Shown here piece by piece: positions 11,901 to 19,400 of a DNA stretch of 64,000 bases. Numbering within the stretch: the first letter of the stretch is position 1; each line of letters opens with the position of its first letter. The notes under the pieces are model-generated. The model saw only the letters and a program-made list of their open reading frames with translations. It did no database searches and was not told the origin of the DNA. A program made the position numbers and the translations under genes. The stretch lies in the IMG/VR virus record IMGVR_UViG_3300045988_063953; one strand, written 5' to 3'. The DNA comes from a virus.

Positions 11901-14900
11901 TATTACTATCAAGAGCTTGTCTTTCAGCCTCAGCTTGAAGTTTTTCAAAGAATACTTCAGCATCAAGTCCAACAGGATTACCTTGTTCATCAAGTTTAAG
12001 ATTACCATCTTCGTCTAATTCAAGACCACAATCTTGCATAAGTTGAACAAAATCATCATAAACATTAGCAGCATGACAATCCATAAAAGTTTCTTTATAA
12101 GCATAAAGAGGACTGTCTTTGTCAATGTTATCAACAATTTTCTTCATAATCTGAATAGCAGCTTTATTCTCTGCATTGATATGCTGAGGAGTTTCTTGCT
12201 GAGTATAAAGATGATTATAATCAAAAATCTGACAAGCTTCAGGACTTTTAACAGCTTTACAAAAATCACTCTTAAACCCTGATTCTCTATCTAAATCTTC
12301 AATAATTTTAGAATCAATTTCACCATTATTATCCCAAAGAGTAAGAATATTAGCTTTACCTGCTTTAGAAGTTTCTTCTGTATTAAGCTGGTCAATACCA
12401 AACTTATCCATAAGTTTAGCAACTTGTTCAAGTTGAGTGTCTTTAATAAGACGAGGAACTAATACAAATTCAGCATTTTTAATCTGACGAGGAGCAACTA
12501 CACCAAGTTCAGCATTATAATGTAAATCGTAATAAAAGTTCTTTTGAACTTGAATAAATTCTTTAATATCTTCAGGATTAAGTTCTTGACTTTCATCGAG
12601 AATCTTTTCAATAAGAGGTTTATACTTATTAAATTGACCTCTTGCAGTAACACGACGAACCCACTCATTAAATGTAATATATGATTGAGCATCATTTACT
12701 GTAGTATCTTCGTAACCTTTAAGGAAAGCATTAGCTTTAGTGAGAGCATCTTTCTCACTAAGACCTTCTTTACGATATGCTTTAGCGAGAGCTTTTGCAA
12801 CTACTCCGTTAGCCAATACTTCTTTTTGAGTTCTAATAGTATTCTTAATAGTAACTCCTCTAAAACCATCATACTGACGAACAAAATAATCTTCTTTTGT
12901 TCCATCAGCGTTAATTTTAGTAAATGGTTTACTAAGAGGACTTGTAACTATTTCGTCTTTAGTAACCTTACTATTATCACGAACAGCATTGAATATACCA
13001 TAAGGAACACCTGAACCTTGAACTTCTTTAGCACGTTTAAGAGCAGTCTGAGTATCTTTGTAGAACTTCATATCACCCTCAAAGATATCATCGAAGTTCA
13101 TATACATCAAGTTGTAATTAATAGCAAAATCAGAAATACGTTCAGGAGAAAGATTTTCTTTCTTAAGAACATTTTCAAATTCATTAAGTCTATTAGTACT
13201 ATCAAATACAAAATCTTTAATATATTCAGAAATAGCAGCATCAACAGCTTCTTCTTGAGCTTCATTAAGAACTACAGCACCTGTAGTAGGATTGGTAGTT
13301 ATAGCTTTGGTAGCTCCCCCGTAAAAGAAATCAAATACTGGTTCAACAGAATTACCGCTATTATCTGCATGAGCAAATAGTTCACCAAGATAATTACGAC
13401 CATTAAGTTGGAATTTAGCACTACGAAAAACATTACCTACAAGATAACGTCTACCATCAGATTCTACATAGAACTTACCACCTTTTTGATGATAATTAGC
13501 AAAAGTTTGATTAGGATTAAGTTTAGCTTTATAACCACCCTCACCATCTTCTTCAAATATTTTATCAAAAGCAGTCTTAGCATTAGTAAGTTCTTGCATA
13601 AACACTGCTTTATATTGTTGGTACACAGGAGAAGTCTTATCAATAATCATTTCAAGTTCACCTGAGTTGACCATTGTTTGCCTAAGTTGTTCGTGTATTG
13701 CACTGAGTAGGTCGTCCCCAATTTCTTTAACACCATACGTATCATGACTAAGTACACCTTTGAGAATTGGCTTTTCAAGAACGATACCATTATTATTCTT
13801 ATCACCATAAGTACCCTCAAGAACATACTTAGTAGTAACACCATCATTATTAGTATAATGATAAGTTACTGTAATAGTATCACCTTTTTGCGGTTTACGA
13901 CCTAAAGTTTCTTCAACTTCAGTATTAATATTAGAAACTTTAATAGTTCTACTTCTAAGATTACCTTTAGTTAAATCATAAAGAGCTCTTTTCTTGTCAG
14001 CAATAACAGGAGTAAGAGTATCATAAATTCCCTCTTCACCAGCAGGAATTTCAACAATTTCATTAATCTTAGCATCAATCTTTTTATTAGCCTCAGTAGG
14101 ATTCTTAAGTCTAAACAAAGATTTAGTAGAATAACGAGGAAGAGTAATAACAAAGTTACGAGAAGCATCAGAAGGAGTTCTTAAGAAATAATCTGCAACT
14201 TCAGTATCTTTACCTAATATAGCTTCTTCATTTTCAGCTTCAAAAAAGTGATAAACCTCAGTAGCAATATAATCTGCTTTACTCATATTAGCATAAGTAG
14301 CAGCAGAATCAGAACTTTCATTTGCAGCACCATCAAAAAGTTTAACTTTTGCTAAACGATGAGCATACTCAGTAGGCTGATATTTACCGTAAACAAGTCT
14401 AAACAAACCTTTGTTAATTACTTTACCGTTAGCATCAGTCTTTTCTACAAGAATGTTACTATAATCATATTGATTACTTTGGAACATAAGTTTACCAAAG
14501 TTTTCAAGAGCTTCTTTACTCTGAACAGTTCTAATAAAACCAGTAAGCCAACTACTATTAATCACATTAGAACTTTGATTACCATGAACATTATATGAAT
14601 TAAGTTCAACATTAATAGTAGAATAAGGAGAAAGTTTGTTAGCTAATTCATTACTTAAAGTAATAGCACGAGGAGTCAAATATTCTTGCTCTCGTGCTCC
14701 ACTAACATCTCTATAATCATCAGCTGTTGGATAATGTCCATGAGAATACTTATCCCAAATATCTTGTCTATTAGGATTACCATATTGTTTAGAAGCATCT
14801 AATTCCTTATTAACACTATATGCCTCACGAATATTATTTTCACGAGCAATATAATTGGCTTTTACACTCTCAGCTTCAGCTACTAAAGAATTAGCAATAG

Positions 14901-16410
14901 AAATAAGTTCTTGAAGATTAGCTTTCTCATTACCTTTACCTTTATTAAGACGAACATAATTAGAAATAGAATCTTTGCTTAGTGTAGGAATAAGTGAGTG
15001 AATTACAGCAGCTACTTTATCAATAGCTTCATATTCTTTAGCTGCATCACGAACAACATTCTGTCCGTTAACAACCTTATAATTACTATTAACATCAAAA
15101 CTTAGTTCACGAAGACCAGTTCTCAAAGAATACTCTTCTGCGTTAATAATAGAATGTCTAAGACCATTAAGAAACTCGAAACGTAAAGCAGTATCTTTAT
15201 CAATATTTCTATTGTTATTAAACAAAGTAGCTTTATCTCCATCAAATAAAACTTCTTGTTTACTAATAACAGTTTTACTGAAAGTAGAATACAATTCACA
15301 AGCAAGACTAAAGTCTTTATAAATATCTTCATAAAGTGTAATTAGTCCACTAAGTTCTTTATGCTTTTGAGCTAAAGCTTTAATACTTTCAGCCATAGTA
15401 GTAATATTAGTATAATCAATATCACCACCATATAATACAGAAAAGATTTCATTAGCACTATGAAAATCTTGAACACCAAGCGGATTAGAAGTGTCATTCA
15501 TACGAGTATGAACGTCACCTTCTGTAGATGTTAACTTAGGAATAGTACTAAGATATATATTAAGTTTATCACCAATATGTTTTTGGAAAGTACTATAAGC
15601 ACCTGAATGTTCAGTATTAGCAATAAACTCATCACGATAATCATCGTTCTCTTTGTCTTCTTTATCAGCATCATTTACACTATCTTCATCAGCTGCTTCT
15701 TCAGCATTGAGTTCATCATTGTTTTCTTTAGGGAACTTAAACATAGCAAGTCTATTATCTCTAAGAGCTTCTTCAAACAATGCTTTAGCTAAAGTAACAT
15801 TAGGCTTTCCATCAACTCTGCTACGAGCAATAACTTCATTAAATAGAGCATAAAGATTTTTATCTTGAGTAGATACTTCATCAGAATTAAAAATATCATC
15901 AAGATTACGAATACCTTTCTTAAACTCAAGAAAAGCCTCTTCTCTACTAAGACCTTTAATAGCTGCAATTCTATCAATAAGATTTGCTTTAACATTGTTC
16001 TTAGCCTTGTTAATAACAAACTCTTTTCTCTTAGCACTGTCTTTAATAGCACGAGCTTCATCAGATGAAGCAGCAACTAACATTTGATTACTAACAAAAC
16101 GTTTAGCAAAGTTTCTTGCAACAACATCTGTGTAACCAAATGTAATAACTGAAGTATCAGTTTCTTTTTTACGAGCAGTAACATTACCATCAGGATGTAA
16201 AAAATAATGATATTCAAGTGCTTCTTTAGCAAAATCGTTAACATCAAGTTTTTTACCATCATGAGTTTCCTCATACCACTTACTAAACTCTCTTGTAGGT
16301 TGTTTATTTGTACCTACAGCCTCACTATAACAAGCACTAAATAGAGCATCATTATTGCCTACTAACTTGCGAAGTGAATGAAGAGTTCCTACATTAATAA
16401 AACAATCCAT
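2977..16410 (-). CDS. giant virion-type RNA polymerase fusion protein (crAss-like DFDID motif)
   Basis: Uninterrupted 4477-codon ORF. The peptide GSDFDIDSVYG is encoded by the complement of 11371-11385 (about aa 1676-1680) and matches the metal-binding DxDxD motif remembered from crAss-like phage RNAPs (phi14:2 gp66 type). Its position at the distal end of the structural/cargo block also fits. Confidence 0.8.
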   Translation of the reverse strand: MDCFINVGTLHSLRKLVGNNDALFSACYSEAVGTNKQPTREFSKWYEETHDGKKLDVNDFAKEALEYHYFLHPDGNVTARKKETDTSVITFGYTDVVARNFAKRFVSNQMLVAASSDEARAIKDSAKRKEFVINKAKNNVKANLIDRIAAIKGLSREEAFLEFKKGIRNLDDIFNSDEVSTQDKNLYALFNEVIARSRVDGKPNVTLAKALFEEALRDNRLAMFKFPKENNDELNAEEAADEDSVNDADKEDKENDDYRDEFIANTEHSGAYSTFQKHIGDKLNIYLSTIPKLTSTEGDVHTRMNDTSNPLGVQDFHSANEIFSVLYGGDIDYTNITTMAESIKALAQKHKELSGLITLYEDIYKDFSLACELYSTFSKTVISKQEVLFDGDKATLFNNNRNIDKDTALRFEFLNGLRHSIINAEEYSLRTGLRELSFDVNSNYKVVNGQNVVRDAAKEYEAIDKVAAVIHSLIPTLSKDSISNYVRLNKGKGNEKANLQELISIANSLVAEAESVKANYIARENNIREAYSVNKELDASKQYGNPNRQDIWDKYSHGHYPTADDYRDVSGAREQEYLTPRAITLSNELANKLSPYSTINVELNSYNVHGNQSSNVINSSWLTGFIRTVQSKEALENFGKLMFQSNQYDYSNILVEKTDANGKVINKGLFRLVYGKYQPTEYAHRLAKVKLFDGAANESSDSAATYANMSKADYIATEVYHFFEAENEEAILGKDTEVADYFLRTPSDASRNFVITLPRYSTKSLFRLKNPTEANKKIDAKINEIVEIPAGEEGIYDTLTPVIADKKRALYDLTKGNLRSRTIKVSNINTEVEETLGRKPQKGDTITVTYHYTNNDGVTTKYVLEGTYGDKNNNGIVLEKPILKGVLSHDTYGVKEIGDDLLSAIHEQLRQTMVNSGELEMIIDKTSPVYQQYKAVFMQELTNAKTAFDKIFEEDGEGGYKAKLNPNQTFANYHQKGGKFYVESDGRRYLVGNVFRSAKFQLNGRNYLGELFAHADNSGNSVEPVFDFFYGGATKAITTNPTTGAVVLNEAQEEAVDAAISEYIKDFVFDSTNRLNEFENVLKKENLSPERISDFAINYNLMYMNFDDIFEGDMKFYKDTQTALKRAKEVQGSGVPYGIFNAVRDNSKVTKDEIVTSPLSKPFTKINADGTKEDYFVRQYDGFRGVTIKNTIRTQKEVLANGVVAKALAKAYRKEGLSEKDALTKANAFLKGYEDTTVNDAQSYITFNEWVRRVTARGQFNKYKPLIEKILDESQELNPEDIKEFIQVQKNFYYDLHYNAELGVVAPRQIKNAEFVLVPRLIKDTQLEQVAKLMDKFGIDQLNTEETSKAGKANILTLWDNNGEIDSKIIEDLDRESGFKSDFCKAVKSPEACQIFDYNHLYTQQETPQHINAENKAAIQIMKKIVDNIDKDSPLYAYKETFMDCHAANVYDDFVQLMQDCGLELDEDGNLKLDEQGNPVGLDAEVFFEKLQAEAERQALDSNMMDFLTLQDEERIGNTPLTRMPLFMSNVSTKLENIAQAMFNNGITRQKLPGFHAAQITNIGFKAIRESVKSYAYSHSLRYHSDKNGNYTDYIEVMLPAANFGFKRINDDGSFKSDEDLLKELQAEGLDEILGYRIPTEGKQSVCKFKVVGFTDDALGSTIVVPDAWVSQTGSDFDIDSVYGIQYNTFIDEEGIIRKVPYIEVANKSYNDYVEDHVEDKSLLEDKEFNHNNWAIEHGLLSRDEWSEQNKDKIIRENTKRARQNKMLDSMKAILSHEDSLEENLSRSNFDDLIKARNAIYAGTPAQIARQNRTPYNVIDQAEYQDDAMSGAKLKAFSVTRDTFCSVCNTVKPTIHKSAQFKVVLPLAKYDIKTVTDSFGDMAVIDTDKGTITLTVDKLGWSKNNKNIAGKIITAYSSQTTAHILDAIKEDAIPNENDYTFAVFKTFPDVGLDFETAVAFIMQPGVTRIVDAYNANKSIYVSGNYNPIHAAIKDIAKALDIKVDKFTPIDKVIEELNKNGDVQKSLAKLFGIKDNISLDHSFLSDVPLDTKLLGDRIKEKGVFGTSPVKESNNADSLVFDLVTILQFNKLNALAQNIGDLARVSNPDKFGAKQSIFATNKVFDDIHTLIDRHNHTDNGILLNVDGVNFIESVYPGVSGSIDDYMSYKGDVKSSYPTLDAFLRYATAPSIKVNRLLFATQSDRFRSIITHLAENFTGSKVMTEQTYRDYQNYVLGSMYSNVSSIKFPMSYSEEFGLQPAVTDNLMVDDAYEETQRIFGYNRDAQSLVEDADGNKVPFDVKDANHPTIEEVRQFLTLSPAQKVLWVQSRFSDGLVTKYLRASTHNTFKGRIGKHTISFIENSDNIETVYNSFEKLLDNNNPLLAATAIDIIKYAFVVDGFKMRRGGVSKVIKNSTLFNDRTDNGSILDGIGFTQEVNDQFRGMDKTFEASAINSLEERFLRSNPTLRAIPTRKIDKVDKKSELGYSYYGMKRVSINQKELLEKYNISDFDEDGNPMFNKYVRLKENGKAEPVLYKIYDAHNGKDIFLIPLNKLEANEQSDISANAENNKFPNKRFYWEAIKDFTGKADVIWSHEWSEQFENRLKATKQVTPTDYITKGTKSIAVENIPFDLNNPKPNEVGAFDSIKRQINDWFGVHNGADGKILWISNLALERYIKSNSTTNGVKQIISTERSIDGKSSVSLPMGYTIAKAPFTDYARYLKYDNVNDKVDGITNISKRTAIKKLQDFVRDNGKDITNYPLYIVTEDVQEKPDEVRQSALDEEAAQQGVQSFNFVAKAGFESGVKAKALYKELTGTNNPNAAKDNIGGTVRITAEFVDSTVKDILHNFDYFTTNTKTGKYLSIDDPQVIDVIANDIDERDKFLKTLLTAKALIRKFAEYSNLDVNAEDENLKYYLETIQDRIKELSSNNKLDRALKNFGNEYLKKLSNNPYIIQDILTVFDGYHSSNTFEAWFNDLQESTNPIVQIITKHVMENIRSAEMVTKERVREFNKFKREVEKEAREKGLTIDMNKIVDENTRLRQDYNDDLRKTFVELLNNMQNLKAQGAEKHVEYLLAKHKLDAFEAEHFEQELRQDYYTEKLRIEEALLQDGIGKAKVYEDPNDPFRGAVDPFAATQPKETDPNFIGHRYIFSHYKQLKERQFEIRDHIDSQGNLSEHWEKELKQVEDEIHKLLYGDNRLATDPLMDMEERVPDKETDLEGYKRYLLYGGVHRAALREYVKRMQELNAKYYKYDSKFGFDEELKRNLDTIKAYEERNAAGELTVPLSELMKKDEYVKAKEWLAHNARYVYGESFWEEVGDALKKVSKGTSNNGRNKTRDYIRSLAIKHDILDNKGVVDGSKLTPEQVEHIKALQKAYYDYSQNTGLSQRKLIRNGNDGNEVYTADFYKGMTSDGVVTKEYNDIVWKINEILQKVYNSHTKSVRTDTLSIDDLHKLEKLYSELRDTTKKKGATNRKEVFKFIKDNVDSKIDQERFDTMNKWAKAKAEVLGEEWYKAWYDANTEIALDKDGEMIINDDGTVKIQPNSYLYGSIKPKDSVKDKFTDKNKTEGLKALKELVVSDKTEHYYRVFQEKQAEGKEAFQEWYDANHIYDPYKQAVVPLECWTESKPNPNIARFDGQWVPSFKNTERTPKDGRDSNGDLDGSPDMRNPNYKGGDLYKNYRKGSGFDSDVHLNEVEKKIRDKFGDTLEALAQTESSRRFIRDGSMPVMMKEQPTSGKRILKEGGKFLGYVSADTGDTEFYNDSDITFANDRTMDMPMLQRLRAKDGVKFDEVEPNIEDYGGDIDKYNVDIDAYNKRKAEYEEARQKEHNDLAERNWWEVMNNFITKAGHFNAVQDQKLMLYYGEEMLKDYKVYQQKFGSGHLSKTLDTADGYEKVTDNNIHAQYVNWVRRLIYDQYKDKNKKFTKAAAFAQNITSNIYMMGNIKGGIANITMGETQILGEQFAKQYFTSKDWAMGKKYWIANALSFMKDVYSDKSTSTADALVKYLAVVDYDELNGTVKVAKGEEAVQRLRDAMFTPQAIGEHFMQNGAMFSMAYSHRLFENPKYGLVAGEPKYITKTLDNHIKDLADAELMKLLDDKHRKEFAELRAKELSDPDTKKEIVRYRKDLSSEFAIKYLSKEEKDLWRKNYNDAVKRAKEEFNNDEEHPTLMSQFTLAEDGYLGFKDDSLMSEIPVDERAKILGRFKGRVISVNKKIHGMYGKLDQAQIEKTWYGSLIMQYHKHIPSGFMKRFRRHGYFNEERETIEKGTYISLIDFLSLNLRAVKNKNGMSDAQTSALESIQNVFKLSFDFLLEAKSTYNILPEYEKANIRRSLGELCGFLSAICMAVAARAILDDDDESFVGNLALYEADRLASESMQFTPYGVYAQGKQLWSQPVAATGAMSDAIASLGQVAKMLMEGDDFDPNYHSGRFSGQNKLTVYIKRRIPLYRQYDNMVHISDDNHYYKMTGNGIGFAKDIYDSIKR
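6735..6753 (+). repeat. GC-rich dispersed motif copy 3 (CTCCCCCGTAAAGGAGATA)
   Basis: Exact core, antisense inside the RNAP ORF (peptide LLYGGVH). Confidence 0.9.
10197..10216 (-). repeat. GC-rich dispersed motif copy 4 (CTCCCCCGTAAAAGAAAGTA)
   Basis: Exact core, sense inside the RNAP ORF (peptide GTSPVKES). Confidence 0.9.
13314..13333 (+). repeat. GC-rich dispersed motif copy 5 (CTCCCCCGTAAAAGAAATCA)
   Basis: Exact core, antisense inside the RNAP ORF (peptide FFYGGAT). Confidence 0.9.
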
Positions 16411-16429
16411 AAATTTATATATTTAATTA

Positions 16430-16481
16430 TTAAAAGAAATAAACCTCAGAAGAATAATTTTATAATCATTACTTCTGAGGT
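16430..16481 (-). terminator. intrinsic terminator between the 2371-aa gene and the RNAP gene
   Basis: ACCTCAGAAG/CTTCTGAGGT 10-bp stem (16443-16452/16472-16481), followed on the minus strand by TTTATTTCTTTT. Confidence 0.7.
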
Positions 16482-16494
16482 CATTAGTATTTAC

Positions 16495-19400
16495 TTATTT
16501 ACAATATGTTTGAAGTTCACCATTGTCTATTTGTTCTCTCATCTTAGCCCTATTCTCAATAGGAATACTATCAATAAAAGACTTAATAGTTGGAGTTCTA
16601 ATGTCTTCGTCAATATTTGAACGCATAACATCATCAAAGTCAACATCCATATCAAATTCATTATCAAAAGAATCTTCTGAATCATAAACTTTAGGAGGTT
16701 CTTCTTTAGTTGTTTCAGGAGAAGTAGTTTCTTCTGTAATTTCCTTTACGGGGGAGGTATCAGAACTCTCATCTTTGAAATCTAATGTACCCTCTTTTGC
16801 AACTTCTTTTTTAGTAGTATTAAGAATATCACCGAGAGCAACTATTTCTTTCTCATAAAGAGAACCTTTACGAACATCCCAACCGAATATCTTGCAGAGT
16901 GTATCTACTATCTTTTGGAACAACGACTTCTTTTTAGAACCTTTATCTACTTTAGCATCAATAGCGTTAAGTCTATCAATAAGTTCTTTAGACGTTAAAC
17001 TTTCAACTAAAAACTCTTCAAGAGCAATAGTATCATTTTTATCTATCTTTTCATAACGTCTAATACCTTTACCTTCTTCAAGACCATCACGCTTATTAGC
17101 TTCAATAAATTCATCTCTAATAGCACGAACTTGCTCAATATATTTAGCATTACCATCTTGTGCAAGAATACGATGTAGTTGTTCATGAATAAGTTTACGA
17201 AGAGCCTCTTGTTTAGTATCAGGATTTCTAAGCATATCAAGCCACTTTGTACCTACCGTAATAGTATCTTTAGTGACATTATATAAAGCATTAGTTCTTT
17301 CATATCCTGCTCTACTATTTAAGTCTTTGTCAAAGATAATAGTTTTTGGTAGAATAGAATAACCATTTATAGGTTTTAACAAGTTTTTTACACTATTACC
17401 AAGTATCATAGTAGCAATAGCATTACCTTGATGTTCTCTTTTATCTCCTTTTTCAAGAAGTTGAACAACTTTTTCTACTCTTGCATCACCACTTGTTTTT
17501 TGCTCAGCAGTATTACCATTAATAGTTTCTGGAGTTTTAACAGCATCGAAACGTACATAAAGAGTTTGGTTACCTACTTGAGTTTTATCATTACGTCTTG
17601 TAAAGTTAGTTTCTTTACCATTAATATCTTTAGTCTTTTTGAGATTAATCTTAACAAGATTATTGTCAATAAGAAAATCTTTATAAGACTTAGCACTAAC
17701 AACAGTAGGTTTACCTGTTTTACTATTAGGAATAGTAACAGTAAATTCACCTTTTTCATTACGTGACATAAAACCTGTAAGAGGATAGTTTTCATTTATA
17801 GCATTTTGCATTGCGTCAAAATGAATACCAATAGCACTTCTATCAACAAATTGTTCAAACATTTTGATAGCAGCATCTTTATTTTCTCCATTCTTATCAA
17901 AGATACCTTTAGCTTCTCCTTGACGAACAGCAGTTTGATATTGTCTTTCACCTCTATAAATACTATTTCCAATACTTATAGAAAATGGTTGACCATCAAT
18001 AGCAATATTAAAACCATTACCTTTAGAAAAATCTCTAATAGTGATACCATTATCAGACATAAATCCTCTACTAATGGTTCTATTATAATTACTAAAGACT
18101 TTATTAACAAAATCTCTAAGTCTTTCATAAGAACCTTCTTTATGAGCATAAAAATCTTCAAGAAGATTAGCAAATTCAGTCTTAATAGCTTTCTGAATTT
18201 TAACTACATCTTTACTAAGACGTTTATCTCCAAAGCGTACAGGATAAGCTCTAACAAGTTGAGGAACACCGTTTTGGTCTTTAATCATACCAAAGGTATT
18301 ACCCGGAGTACCCGGAAAGTCAACTTGAGAACCACCATCACCATATACTATACCAGAAGTTCTTTCACCATAAGCATTTTGACCAGTAGGAATAAATCCA
18401 AATTCAAATCTATCCATAAGAGAATCAGCAACAGCATCTTTAACTGTATTAGCTTGTTTCTCAACTTCAGGATTAAGATATTCTTCATTACTCTCAACTT
18501 GCTTTGTTAGAATACCACTTGTAACATAATCTACAGTAGCTTCATATCCTTGTGGGAACTTAGCAATAGCACTAATAGCATTATAACTATTAAGAAGTTT
18601 ATCAAAGTAATCATCAATAGAATTACTAAGAACATCTGCAAGTTTATATTCTAAATCAGTACCAGCTACTTGATTATAAGACTTGGCAATATAACGATAT
18701 AGTTTAGCAAAACCTTCTGCGACAATATCAATATCTGTTGGGTCGACTATAACACCTTTATCAACAAGAGCTTTAACTTCTTTATTATTAAGAAACTTTT
18801 TATAGAGTTTCTTTCTATCCTTTTCAGTAAGAGTTTTATCAAATGCTAAACTATAAAGTATATCATTAACTTCAGAAGCATCTTCGTTTTCTTCATAAAC
18901 CCAACGTTTAAGAGTATCTTTAAGAGTAGAATCTCCGTTATTGACATTAATATCATAAATAACACCATCGTTTTTTACAGTATAAGCATCAATCTCTTTA
19001 GATACAATAGGAACAGGAAGAGCACCAATTAAAGTACCATTAGTTCTAATGTGAAGTTTATTATTTCTAACTTCAATAGAAACTCTATCTCCAACTTTAA
19101 CATTATCCAATGCTTCAAGCAGTTCATTAAGTTCATCAGTTCTATCTTCTTTTTGATAAAGTTCAACAAGCTGTTTGATATTAAGACGATGTCTATCAGC
19201 ATTAAGAGTTTGAATAATCTCTTTTTTATTATCGAAAATAGTTTCTGCGTCTAAAGCTGCTTCATCAACAATTCGATAAAGATAATCTTTATTCTTACTC
19301 TTATCAAGAATATATTGTTTGAGATAACCATAAATGCCTGTAGCAGTATCAGGAGTTTCACTTACTTCATTGCACCAATTAAGTAAATCTTGGAAACTAA

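Noticed and set aside
4255-16068. Dozens of 60-190-aa plus-strand ORFs in the track opposite the giant genes, and similar ones opposite other minus-strand genes.
   Set aside because: They are low-complexity I/F/N/K/S/L-rich translations of the antisense strand, have no consistent starts or spacing, and overlap long, clearly coding ORFs. They are an expected artefact of AT-rich codon usage.
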